64,000 nucleotides of DNA from Felis catus (lineage: Eukaryota), in contig NC_058368.1 in NCBI RefSeq assembly GCF_018350175.1, positions 182,096,001 to 182,160,000 of the forward strand, in the 5' to 3' direction. A program made the position numbers and the translations under genes. The notes under the pieces were generated by a model. It saw only the letters and a list, made by a program, of their open reading frames with translations, was not told where the DNA came from and ran no database searches. This document shows positions 38,991-50,256 of this stretch, in pieces; positions within the stretch are counted from its first letter, which is position 1; every line of letters starts with the position of its first letter.

Positions 38991-39519
38991 GTAAGGAAAT
39001 CAGGGCATTCCTTGTAAGTTTCCCAAAAAATTACTAATAGAAATTGTTTATACTTATCATATTATAAAATCAGTCCTTATTCTTTGGCAAGTCCAGAAAA
39101 TGAGTCAGCTCAATGGAGCTATAATTAACCAAAGAGAAATGACTCTTATATTTAAAATTCTAAGATACAAATGTATCAAAGAGTATGGCAAAGATTGAGA
39201 TGGCAAAGTGGCATCTAAGTTAAAGCATCATATCGACACGTGGATTTATAAGTCCAGGAATCAGACGGAATGGAGATAACATATAGGGGACTGTTAGCAT
39301 ATAGATGGTATTTAAGGCCACTACTGAACTCTTACCTAAATATTTTGTATTTATGTATCTTCACAACTATATTTTAAATTCCACTCTGGTCACAATATCT
39401 AGTTTGTTTCTTTGGTTATTTTAGATATGCTGAGAGTTTGCCTGCAGGTGGATTTCTGCATGCAAACAATGATATCTTGCCTTAATTTCTCTCTTCTTTG
39501 CCTAGTCCTATCTTCTAGG

Positions 39520-39840
39520 CAATACACATTTCCTATCTTATCTCTTGATTTGTCTTAACACATTTTATTTTATTTTCTTGTTTATTTCCTCATTTGTTCT
39601 CCTCACCTCACCTACCCTGAAGGAATATAAGCCCATGAACTTGGGTGACTCTAACTTGTTGTTAAATTTTGGAATTATCTAGCACAAAACAAAACTTTGT
39701 GAAATGACTGAATATTGTTTTACTATTAGTATATTTTCTAAAATCAGGATAATAATAATACAGGCTTTAAAGAGAGCAGACTAAATGTTGGTAAAGCACT
39801 GAGAACATAGGTTCTCAATAACATGTATACTAATTATTAG
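39520..39840 (+). mobile_element. L2 3' fragment followed by a MIR tail
   Basis: 'gaatataagcccatgaa...tctagcacaaaac...gaaatgactgaat', then 'aaaatcaggataataataatac...gtaaagcactgagaaca'. Confidence 0.5.
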
Positions 39841-40881
39841 CATCAAATACTAAATGATTTACATGTATTTCTTCAGATCATTTTGATGAAGAATGTAACT
39901 ATAGCCAAGTGTTATGTAAAGTGTTTTTCCAAAGCCTCATCTGAAATATGCCACAGCAGCCTAAAATAAACATTGTTTTAAGCATACAAGAAAAACCTCC
40001 CTTTTGAGCTTTTCATTTCAAGTGGTGTTTTGTAAAATATATTCATCATTTTGAAATATTGATTAATTGCCCCGATTTCTTAACTTCCTAATTTAGTGTT
40101 TTGAAAAATGGTTTCCATTTTTGGCATTTATTTTGCAATATTTTATCTTCAACTGAACTTTACTTAGATTGTCGTCAGAAGTTTTATGTGATGGAGTTAG
40201 CAAGCAAAGTCAATATTTGGCAACACTAGTATGCACTACTTATAAATACACTCTCCAACATCATTTCAGCAATCTATAACAAAAGATGGATGGCGCCAAA
40301 CTCTGTTGTTTTATTACTCTCACATCAGTGTGGTGGGCTTTAATAGAAGAAATACATACAGGTAATGCCTTAAACCAAAGCTAAAGTAAGTATCTCCAGT
40401 AAAGCCCACTGATGTCATTCAGCATGTGTCAAAGAATGATACAAAGGAAGAAGGTAAAGCAACTTGAAATCCTCTCATTCACTCTCTGGATGAGATTTAA
40501 AATTGATTCTCTGTCAGGTAAAACACCCTGATCTGATAACATACATAAAGATAATTTGATATCCCCAACATTGCCTTCTTGAGTTCTAAAACCAAAAAGC
40601 TAAAATTATCCATTGCTCATTCAGAGTTTCAGCAGTAGTTTCTGGTATCTCAGTTAGGATTGTTATCACCTAATCCTAACCAGGTATTTGATATAAATGT
40701 GTAGATATCACATCGACTATAAAAAGCTTGTGGGTGTGGTTATTTTCCTTCTTGCATCATTTTCGTCCTGGTGGAAACTATAAAGCTTGATCAGAATGTG
40801 CTAAAGGTAAGATACCCGAAATAACTCATAAGATTATGTCCCCAGATTTGCAACAATTAAATTAGATGTACTATTCAGAGC

Positions 40882-41317
40882 TGATCCTTAATATGTGTTC
40901 GCTTGGCCATGTAGGGTAAAACATTATTTCTGGGTACATCTATGAGGGTGTTTCAAGAAGAGATTGGAAATTGTATCAGTATACTGAGTAAAGATTGCCC
41001 TTACCAGTGTGGGTGGACATCATCCAAAATGTTAAGGGCCTGAATAGGGGGGGAAAAAAAAGGCAGAGGAAGAGCAAATTTCTTCTCTTTGCTTGAGCTA
41101 GCATATCTATCTTCTCCAGCCTTCGATATTGGTGCTTCTGGTTCTTTGGCCTTCAAACTGGGACTGAATTACGCTGCCAGCCTTCCTGGTTCCCCAGCTT
41201 GCAGAAAGCACATCATAGGACCTCTCAGCCTCCATAATACTTGTGAACCAATTTTTATAATGAATCTCCTTTTATATAGATCCTATTTGTTCTGTTTCTC
41301 TAGAGAACCCTAATATA
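40882..41317 (+). mobile_element. ERVL solo LTR (MLT2B-like)
   Basis: 'aaacattatttctgggtacatctatgagggtgtttc', 'ccagcttgcagaaagcacatcataggacctctcagcctccataat' and 'ttctgtttctctagagaaccctaatata'. Confidence 0.88.
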
Positions 41318-41459
41318 GAGCCCTATGTTACATATTAAATTACTTTGAAACACTGAACTATACATTTTGGGCATAACCCTGCTTTGATGGATATCTTGGC
41401 AGAATATCTAAAAATCTCTGTTAAAATGGTTGATACAAACTTAAAAATAATCTTCCCTT

Positions 41460-41666
41460 GGGACACTGAGATGGCTCAGTCCGTTAAACTCCCAACTTCG
41501 GCTCAGGTCATGATCTCACAGCTCATGAGTTTGAGCCCCACATCAGGCTCTGTGCTAACAGCTCAGAGCCTGGAGCCTGCTTTGGATTCTGTGTCTCCCT
41601 CTCTTTCTGCCCCTCCCTCTTTCTCTCTCTCTCTCAAAAATAAATAAACATTAAAAAAACATTTTT
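41460..41666 (+). mobile_element. Can-SINE
   Basis: Head, (CT)n, A-tail. Confidence 0.93.
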
Positions 41667-41680
41667 AAAAATCTTGCCTC

Positions 41681-41898
41681 GGGGTGCCTGGGTGGCTCAG
41701 TCGGTTGAGTGACCGACTTCGGCTCAGGTCATGACCTCACAGTTTGTGAGTTCGAGCCCCGCGTCAGGCTCTGTGCTGACAGCTCGGAGCCTGGAGCCTG
41801 CTTCTGATTCTGGGTCTCCCTCTCTCTCTGCCCCTCTCCCTCTCATGCTCTGTCTTTCTCTGTCTCAGAAATAAATAAACATAAAAAAAAATTAAAAA
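41681..41898 (+). mobile_element. Can-SINE
   Basis: Perfect TSD aaaaatcttgcctc (41667-41680, 41899-41912). Confidence 0.96.
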
Positions 41899-42024
41899 AA
41901 AAATCTTGCCTCATTGAGCCAATTATCTATGAGTTCCTTATGCTCACATCCCAGTGGGAGCATTTTGAATGTATCCATTAAATAATCGATTCCCTTCTCT
42001 GTCCTTGAAAGCCGGTTATCTTAG

Positions 42025-42215
42025 GCCAGTGGTTCAAATGTCAGAATGGGAATCAGTTTCACTTCAGAGAGCTTTAAAATATCCTGAATTCCAAGACCCT
42101 TTCTTTTCCTATTGAATCAGAACTCTGAGGTTTAAGTACAGAAAGTAGATATTTAAAACAAACAAATAAACAAACCAATTAACAATGATAGGTATAGAAA
42201 CTTCCCATGTGAATT
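42025..42215. mobile_element. MER5-like fragment
   Basis: 'ccagtggttcaaa...gagagctttaaaata...attgaatcagaactctgag'. Confidence 0.55.
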
Positions 42216-42216
42216 C

Positions 42217-42947
42217 AAAACTACCATACGATACTTACATACTAACCAGAGTGGCTTAAATGAAAGAGGTTTAAAAACGACAAGTGCTGACAAGGATGTG
42301 GAGCATATAGAACACTCACACTGCTAGAGGGAAATCTGATAAAATCACTCTGGAAAACTATTTGATTGTGTCTGCTAACACTGATCTTATGCATACTCTG
42401 TGACCCAGTAATTCTACTCTTGGTCACATATTCAACTAAAAGACATGTAATAGAATGCTCATAGTGGCACTCTGTATAATATTTTAAAATAGGAAACTAC
42501 TAAAATACCCATCCATACCCATCCATGAACAAACACTTCATAGCATATTTCACCAAACAGATAGCATGCCTGAAGAAGAATGAAAGAACTACTACACCAA
42601 CAATATGGATGAATTAAATAAAACGTGGACTGAAATAAGCCAATTACAAAATAATTCATTCTGTTTGATTACATCTACATTAAAGTTCAAAAAGACGCAA
42701 AATTAATCTCTGGTGTTAGAAGTCAGGATAGTGCTTACCCTGGGCCAGGGGGAAAGTTATGAAAGGAAGGGAGACATAGCGGCTTCTCGAATGTTGGAAA
42801 TGCTCTGATTCTCCATCTGATTGCTGATTGCACCAGTATGTTAGATTTATGCTTACAATATGTTTGATATGTTAGATTGCACGCCTACAATATATAAACT
42901 TTTCTGTATATATGTTAAATTTCAACAAACAGCTTAACAAAGGGCAA
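42217..42947 (+). mobile_element. L1ME-like 3' end
   Basis: 'caagtgctgacaaggatgtggagca', 'tgacccagtaattctactc' and 'ggtgttagaagtcaggatagtgcttaccc'; degraded TSD aaac(a)ttcccatgt(g)aattc. Confidence 0.85.
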
Positions 42948-43194
42948 AAACATTCCCATGTAATTCTGCGGATCAATCAATATATTTGTCTAACTTTTAC
43001 ATTTTTTTCAGGTTCACCCCCACTGATCCAGACCACTTTTCCACTGTAGAGTATAAACCCTCTCTGCCACATATGAAGATCTACTTGGAACAGAGATTAT
43101 ATGGGAATGGGGTAAGAGAGCTGATATAATCCTTATTTTGAGATCATGCTAAGATTGTATGTGAGAGTCTAGATTTGGGATTATTACTATTACC

Positions 43195-43290
43195 CAATTT
43201 TCTCAAACTTAGTGTAAATAATAGGTTGGGAGTGAGTTCCAAGAACTGCATGTTTGCAAACACTTAAGATGATTCTGATGCAGGTAATCT
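43195..43290. mobile_element. MER5A-like fragment
   Basis: 'ttctcaaacttagtgta...ccaagaactgcatgtttgcaaacacttaagatgattctgatgcagg'. Confidence 0.6.
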
Positions 43291-43566
43291 ATATATAATT
43301 TGCATTTCCAGAAAAACTGACTTTAAGTGATACAGACAATCCAGATATGATAACGGACAGACACAGGGCACACTGTTCATAATAGAAGTCTTTCATCTGG
43401 CATCCCTGAAATCCTAGACTGTAAGTGTCTCCCTCTGTGTAAACCTGAGCCTGTGCTTTGAGAATAATGTTTGTATTGATTACACTTCCAAAATCATGGG
43501 GTAGGAGCAGGTAAGGTTCTAATAAGTTAGAAAGAATTGGTCTAGATTCAAACATTGTCCAATTTA

Positions 43567-43737
43567 GGGGGCACCTGTGTGGCTCAGCTGGTTAAGCATC
43601 TGACTTCAGCTCAGCTCATGATCTCACAGTTCATGAGTTCGAGCCGCACATAGGACTCTCTGCTGTTAGCTCGGAACCTCTGTCCCCACCTCTCTCTTTC
43701 TCTCTCTCTCTCTCTCTTTCTCTTTCTCTCTCTCTCT

Positions 43738-43781
<44 letters not shown>

Positions 43782-43857
43782 GTTCTTTCCCTGCTGTGCT
43801 CTCTGTCTCTCAAAAATAAACTTTAAAAAAAAGTAAAATAAACAGCAACAACAAAAT
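43567..43857 (+). mobile_element. Can-SINE with internal deletion and expanded (CT)n
   Basis: TSD aaca(t/c)tgtccaattt (43551-43565, 43858-43872). Confidence 0.93.
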
Positions 43858-44329
43858 AACACTGTCCAATTTTATTAACAATGCAAAGATTTACAAACAT
43901 TCATTATGAGCCTCCTAGGTACCAAGCATGCTTTGTAAGTGCAAAACATGTATCACGTGTAATATACAATTCCTGTTCCCATGAATGTACAGGGAAATCT
44001 CTTCGAGTCCATTTTATCTGAGCCACAGCTATTCACTTGTTGAAACCTGGGCTAACAGTCAATCACATGTCATCTTCTCACACACTCAGATCATGGCTCC
44101 AGGTGTGTTTTCTTTCATGCCAGTCAGAGTTACTCAGGGAATTAGACAAAGCAAACTACACTTACTGCGAAACTAGAACAAATTAAGACAATATATGTCA
44201 TGAAGTCGTCTGAATACATGTTCTCACACACATACCCTCACACTGTATTATTCCCTCTTTTCAAATATCTATGCTAATGATAGATCTTCCATACTGAAAA
44301 ATTCTTGGGTCTTTAAAAATCCAGATACA

Positions 44330-44546
44330 GGGGCGCCTGGGTGGCTCAGTTGGTTAAGCGTCCGACTTCGGCCCAGGTCATGATCTCGCGGTCCGTGAGT
44401 TCGAGCCCCGCGTCGGGCTCTGTGCTGACAGCTCAGAGCCTGGAGCCTGTTTCAGATTCTGTGTCTCCCTCTCTCTCTGACCCTCCCCCATTCATGCTCT
44501 GTCTCTCTCTGTCTCAAAAATAAATAAACGTTAAAAAAAAAAATAA
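44330..44546 (+). mobile_element. Young Can-SINE
   Basis: CpGs intact; perfect TSD aaaaatccagataca (44315-44329, 44547-44561). Confidence 0.97.
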
Positions 44547-44716
44547 AAAAATCCAGATACAAAAGAGGACAGTTGATAAGCAGGAAATTCTGTCAAAAGT
44601 GACCTCCTCAGCTTCACAAAAGCATTCCTGCTGATTATAAAGACTTCCTTTTTTTCCTTCCTTTCTCCCTCTGTTTCTCCCTTCCTTCCTTCTTCATTTA
44701 AAAATGTACTATCAAA

Positions 44717-44925
44717 GGCGGCTCAGTGGCTCAGTTGGTTAAGTGTCAGACTCTTGATTTCGGCTCAGGTCATGATCTCACAGGTTGTGGAACTGAGCCC
44801 CAGTGTCGGGCTGTGCACTTGAAGTGCAGAACCTGCTTGGGATTCTCTCTCTCTCCCTCTGTCTCTGACCTTTCCCTGCTCATGCTCTCTGTCTCTCTCA
44901 AAATAAATAAATAAACTTAAAAAAA
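44717..44925 (+). mobile_element. Can-SINE (older variant)
   Basis: 'gtggctcagttggttaagtgtcagactcttgatttcggctcagg', A-tail. Confidence 0.92.
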
Positions 44926-45324
44926 ATTTTTCACTGTAATAAAAACTATGCGTATTTATTACAGAAATTTTGGAAAATATGGAAAAACACAGAAGAAAAA
45001 AATCATCAATAATGCAACCAACTACAGATAGTGTTTTTTTAACTCTTTTAATCTTTTTTAGTTACACATGTGCACACATGCACATGCATATACACACATA
45101 TATACTCTATATAGTTATAACTATGTCTTTTATAACAAAAAGTAATTGCCCAAGTAATATTGTTTTGTCATCTGATTTTCAACATCATTATATGTAATTG
45201 AGTAAGTTATGAGCCCAATTTCAAATAAATGGCTCTCCTACATCACCTTAAATTCCTTACTGTCTTTGCTCCATATTATACAACTGCTCCATATGCTGTA
45301 CTCACACATGAAAACTTATAAGAA

Positions 45325-45400
45325 ATAGAGAGAGAAAGAAAAGGAAGAAAGGAAGGAGGGAAGAAAGGAGGGAAGAAAAGAAGGTAGGAAAGGAGGAAGG
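45325..45400. repeat. Purine-rich (GAAG/GGAA)n low-complexity tract
   Basis: Directly visible. Confidence 0.85.
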
Positions 45401-45788
45401 TCACATGCAAATGGAAAAGATTTTACTACAATTCAGTAGTTTTCAAAATCGCTCATTTGACTGAGTTCTAAGTTTTAAAGCATTTTCACACATTGTATTG
45501 CAATGCTTCAAAATTATACCTTTTCTATAATATCGTTCATCTGTCTCCAAAGAGAACTAAATTAATATTCAAAATTGAAAAATTGTTAATTAAGAATGAG
45601 TGTTCACAATTTCTTAATCTCCATATTGAACACTCAGCTGGACTTACGAGGTTTTACAAGCATTCTTATTCATTCTTTGGTTTAAGAACATTTGTCTCCA
45701 CTGGTCACAATCTCCTAGTTGGATACATATTTTAATATTTACATGTTATATATGTATATATTTTGACTTTTAAAATAATCTACAGAGA

Positions 45789-46023
45789 GGCCTGGGTGTC
45801 TCAGTCGGTTGAAAGTCTGACTTCACTCAGGTCATGATCTCACAGCTTGTGAGTTCGAGCCTCGCGTCAGGCGTCAGGCTCTGTGCTGACAGCTCACAGC
45901 CTGGAGACTGCTTGAATCTGAAGCCTCCCTCTGTGCCTCCCTCTCTGCCCCATCCCACTCGCATTCTGTCTCTGTCTCTCTCAAAAATAAATAAACATGA
46001 AAACAATTTTTTAAATAAAAAAT
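45789..46023 (+). mobile_element. Can-SINE
   Basis: TSD aataatctacagaga (45774-45788, 46024-46038); small internal duplication gcgtcag. Confidence 0.93.
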
Positions 46024-46417
46024 AATAATCTACAGAGAATTTCCTGCTTTGTGAGCAGAATAGAGGTTTCTAAAGCAAATTAATTTTACAGATATCCACC
46101 AAATTCCATTTCCAAATAAATAATATGAATGGGAAAATGAATGTGTACAAAACAGTTTGCCAAGAGCAGTAAAACTTCAAAAGTTAGTGATTTAATCAAA
46201 ATACATATTAATTAAATATTTGAAACTAAAGAACTATTTTAATAATTTTTTATGTTAATTTGGATTAAGAAAAACATATTTAAGGATAAGATGTTTATGC
46301 CATAGTTATAAAAGGAATATGAAATAGTGTTTAACATGAAAGAATATACTTAATTTGATTGGACTACAGCAATGCATGTGTGTGTGTACATGCATGCATA
46401 TAAAGAATATGCAATCT

Positions 46418-46640
46418 GGGTCACCTGGGTGGCTCAGTTGTTTGAGCGAGGGTCTCTGGATTTTGGTTGTAGTCATGATCTCATTGTTCATGAGCTCGAG
46501 CCCTGTGTTGGGCTCTGTGCTGACAGAGCTGAGGCTGCTTGGGATTCTCTCTCTCTTCCTCTCTCTCCCTCTCTTTTTCCTCCTCTCTCACATGCACAAG
46601 CTCTCTTTCAAAATAAATAAATAAATTTTAAAATAAATGG
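46418..46640 (+). mobile_element. Can-SINE (diverged)
   Basis: gggtcacctgggtggctcag head, A-tail. Confidence 0.9.
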
Positions 46641-48787
46641 TTACAAAAATATATATATGCAATGTAACAACTCATTTAATTACATAAATTTATGATTTGC
46701 AGATAACTAACCCAGGAAATATGGTAATATTTTCAGGACATGAATTCTCTCTTTCTTTGTCGCAGAAGGAAATCCTTTCTGAAATGCCTCAGCTGTGAAA
46801 GCTCTTCCCCCTCCAAGGGGGGGTAGTTCTCATTCTACCTAATTCAGTGAGTCTATCTTATTCCATTCACACCTAAATTGGTTTTCTTAAAAAACAACAA
46901 AAACAACAAAATTTTTTAGAATGCTGGGTATTCAAGCCTTTTTATGAGTATGTGTTTAGTCTGTTTACAAGAATGGAACATAGTATGCAACCCTTTTATT
47001 AAGTCTAAACACTGATTATTGGAGTGCGTGTGAATGTGCATGTGTATTTACATGCCTTTTTTAAAAAGGTGGATGGTTGGTAGGATTTAGAAACACAGAA
47101 ACAGACATAACAACAGTGACAGTTAGTTGTTTTTCACACACACACACGCACATTTGATACCATTATGAGCTTCCCAAAATGCATATTTTAGTTTTCATTC
47201 ATAAACAAATGCGATAAATCATTTACATGGCACCAAAGCACCTAGCATATTTAATTGGGATATAGTAAGTCCAAATAGGCCTATGATAATAACCTATTGA
47301 ATTTTCCTTGTATTTTAAATATAAACGGAAAAATAATTTTCTGAAGTGAAAGTAGAAAAAGATGCCCTGAGATGAAGTAAGTCACAACCTGAAGCAAATG
47401 TGAGGAACACGAAATAAGACTCCGGCAAAAATCACGAGCGAAAAGCCATAAAGAGAAGGGAGAGGGAAACCTCACACAGAATGGAAAGTAAAATGAGTTT
47501 GATGGCTTTAATTAAATGTAAAGGAAATAGTGGGGTGGGGAAAGGAAAACTTCAATAGTGCAAGCTTAAGACTGTCTCAGAAGGTGACAGAACTTAATCC
47601 TATCAACATCTCATTTGCATATCCATAGTAAAAAATAACAATGGTATTTTTGTGACCAAAAATATATGCAAAGCAGTCATTGTGATAGTTCAGTAGCTAT
47701 TTTTGAAATGGAAATTTCCTTACAATTTGAAACAGCTCCTTCTTCAAAACACCAAAAGGCATCAGTGCTACTTTAGACTAGAATCTTTTTTCAATGCGAT
47801 AGGCTGGATTTAACGATAGTATATTCCCCTAAGAGGCAAAATTTACTCCTGTCTGTAAAAAATTGATAGATTTTTTCTATCAATGGTTTTTTTTTTTATT
47901 TTCTATATGTATTTGAGATTTTTTATAAACATCTGAAATGACTAAAAAAAAAAAAAACTATCAGTACACTGAAGTGATATAGTCAGTTTGCTAATTATTG
48001 CAATAAAAAAAAATTAAATCTCTGGAAAAAACACCACAAAATTATATCTCAACTAGAAAAGCTTAGTAATTTTATCATCAATACCATGCGTACAACCCCC
48101 CCTCTGTTTATTAGTTGTGACCCCCTTCACTGATGGCTCTATAAACTCATATTTCTGCCACTGATTGTGAGCTTCTATTCAGCACTAACATTTTAATAAG
48201 AAAAAAATGTTAAATATCAAAGTAATAGATGAGCATTCCTCTAAAAGCCAATTTCATTAAATACCATCGGTATTAATCTTTCTAAATCTTAATTACAGCC
48301 TTTTGACATATTACCCCCCATTTGACCTTTTCTGCTCAATTCCAGTAAAGAACTGTAGGACAGACAGGGATACCAGCCCATGTATACCTACAGGAATGCA
48401 TCATTTTAATACTACTGAGCAAATGGGGATGGTGACCCAAATTATATTTTACTCAGGAGTCACTGAGACCACATTTTTCTAAGTGATCAACCAAGTTCAA
48501 GCTGTTTCAAGATTAAGACATCCAAAATTAGATGCTCATAAGCCCAAGCAGATAAAGTTCTAAAAACTAAGGCCTTAAAAAAAAAAAATCTATTGCTGAA
48601 GAACAAAACTTCCTGAACTAGATATGTCCTATGAAATTTAAAAACAATTAGTAATGGCAGCCTGTAATCGAACAACTTGAAGTTCAGTTGAAAATAGTAG
48701 GGACTGGCAGTTCCAAGATTAAAAAAGTAATGATTCTGCTATTAAGCCACATTTGCACCAATCAATAGCTCAAAAGCATCCTTATTT

Positions 48788-49927
48788 TGTTAGATCCCCT
48801 GAATAAGCACAGGCAAAATCTTTTAGGAAAAGGGGTTTAAGAAACTTTTTCCAGGACCATGGAAAGGAGCTTTACTACCAGGCACCAGAAATTTGAATGA
48901 TAATTTATTTAGTAGATTTTTTCTCCCATGTTTTTGATGGGGTTTTGGAGTGGTGGAGGGTTCAGAGCAGACAGCCAAGAAAGAATTCTTGAAGTCTCTA
49001 AGACACCTTTGGTGCAAAAAAGGTGAATGTATTAAGGCACAGGGTGGGGCGGGCTGGGGGGGGGGTGGTGGGACAGGACCTGTGGGCAGAAAGAGCTGCA
49101 CTGGGGTTGTGAAGAATGACTGGTTATATACTATGGAATTGGGGAGGTAATGGCAGAAGGACTTTGATGTACTAAAGAGGACTCCTAAGTAACTGAGGCC
49201 TTACTATTGTCAAGCTAAGGTTGTTTTTCTTCTAGTTAGGCATTAATATTAGGACAGTAGGGGGTTCCTGAAGAAATGTTATACTCTGTATTTAACTCAA
49301 GTATTTGTCAGTGGGCTGCAGGTTATAAAGAAATTCAATTTTGGGGCGCCTGGGTGGCGCAGTCGGTTAAGCGTCCGACTTCAGCCAGGTCACGATCTCG
49401 TGGTCCGTGAGTTCGAGCCCCGCGTCAGGCTCTGGGCTGATGGCTCAGAGCCTGGAGCCTGTTTCCGATTCTGTGTCTCCCTCTCTCTCTGCCCCCCCCC
49501 CCCCCCCCGTTCATGCTCTGTCTCTCTCTGTCCCAAAAATAAATAAACGTTGAAAAAAAAATTAAAAAAAAAAAAAGAAATTCAATTTTATTTGCCATTT
49601 CCTTCTTGCCTTTGTTCCCTACATCACTGCAGAGGGGAGGGTGATATTAGGGGCTGCAGTAAACTGAATCTATAGGTTTCTGGAGATTAGGCTATTGATA
49701 AGATTGCCTTTTTCTTGTAATTTACTGAAATTTGTAAACTGATGGAGACTCATGTCCTGCATGGCTGTGATCTCTAACAGTTAACCATTTGTTTTCCTTC
49801 CTTTCCTTTGCTCTTGGGCAGCCAGGAATGCCTGAAGAATATCACATATATCCCACCTGGGTGGAAGGGGGGAGGTGTGTGTACTAGCTTGTGCTTTGCC
49901 CTCGGCTTGCCTTATGCTCCCTCATCA
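48788..49927 (-). mobile_element. Carnivore ERV1-type solo LTR (CarLTR1-like), interrupted by a SINE
   Basis: Minus strand begins tgatgagggagcataaggcaagccgagggcaaagcacaag. 'cagccaagaaagaattcttga...acaggacctgtgggcagaaagagctgc' is recalled from carnivore LTRs. The left boundary is uncertain (48788 or ~48951). Confidence 0.7.
49343..49573 (+). mobile_element. Young felid Can-SINE (SINEC_Fc type) with a C17 run
   Basis: Perfect TSD aaagaaattcaatttt (49327-49342, 49574-49589). Confidence 0.97.
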
Positions 49928-50256
49928 TTTTCTTCTCCTTTTTCTTGGTATCTTGGTCCCTTTTATTTCCTGTATACTTCAATTTAGCTTATTGCTTTTT
50001 ATTTTTAATATCTTCGATTGTTTTCCTCTTTTCTTGCCCCCCTCTTTTCTGTTACAACATCTTCATGTCCTTTGATCTACCGGTCCATCTTTCCCTTCAT
50101 TATTTTTCAGCAGTAAACTGATAAGAAAATGGGGAGAATACAGAAAGCCCAGTAGTTAACTGTATAAGTAATTTTGCAATTAACCTGCACAATGCTTCTT
50201 CTAAGATTTATCTACTTTAAACTTTTAAATATGGGGTAGATAGCCCAAAACAGGTT

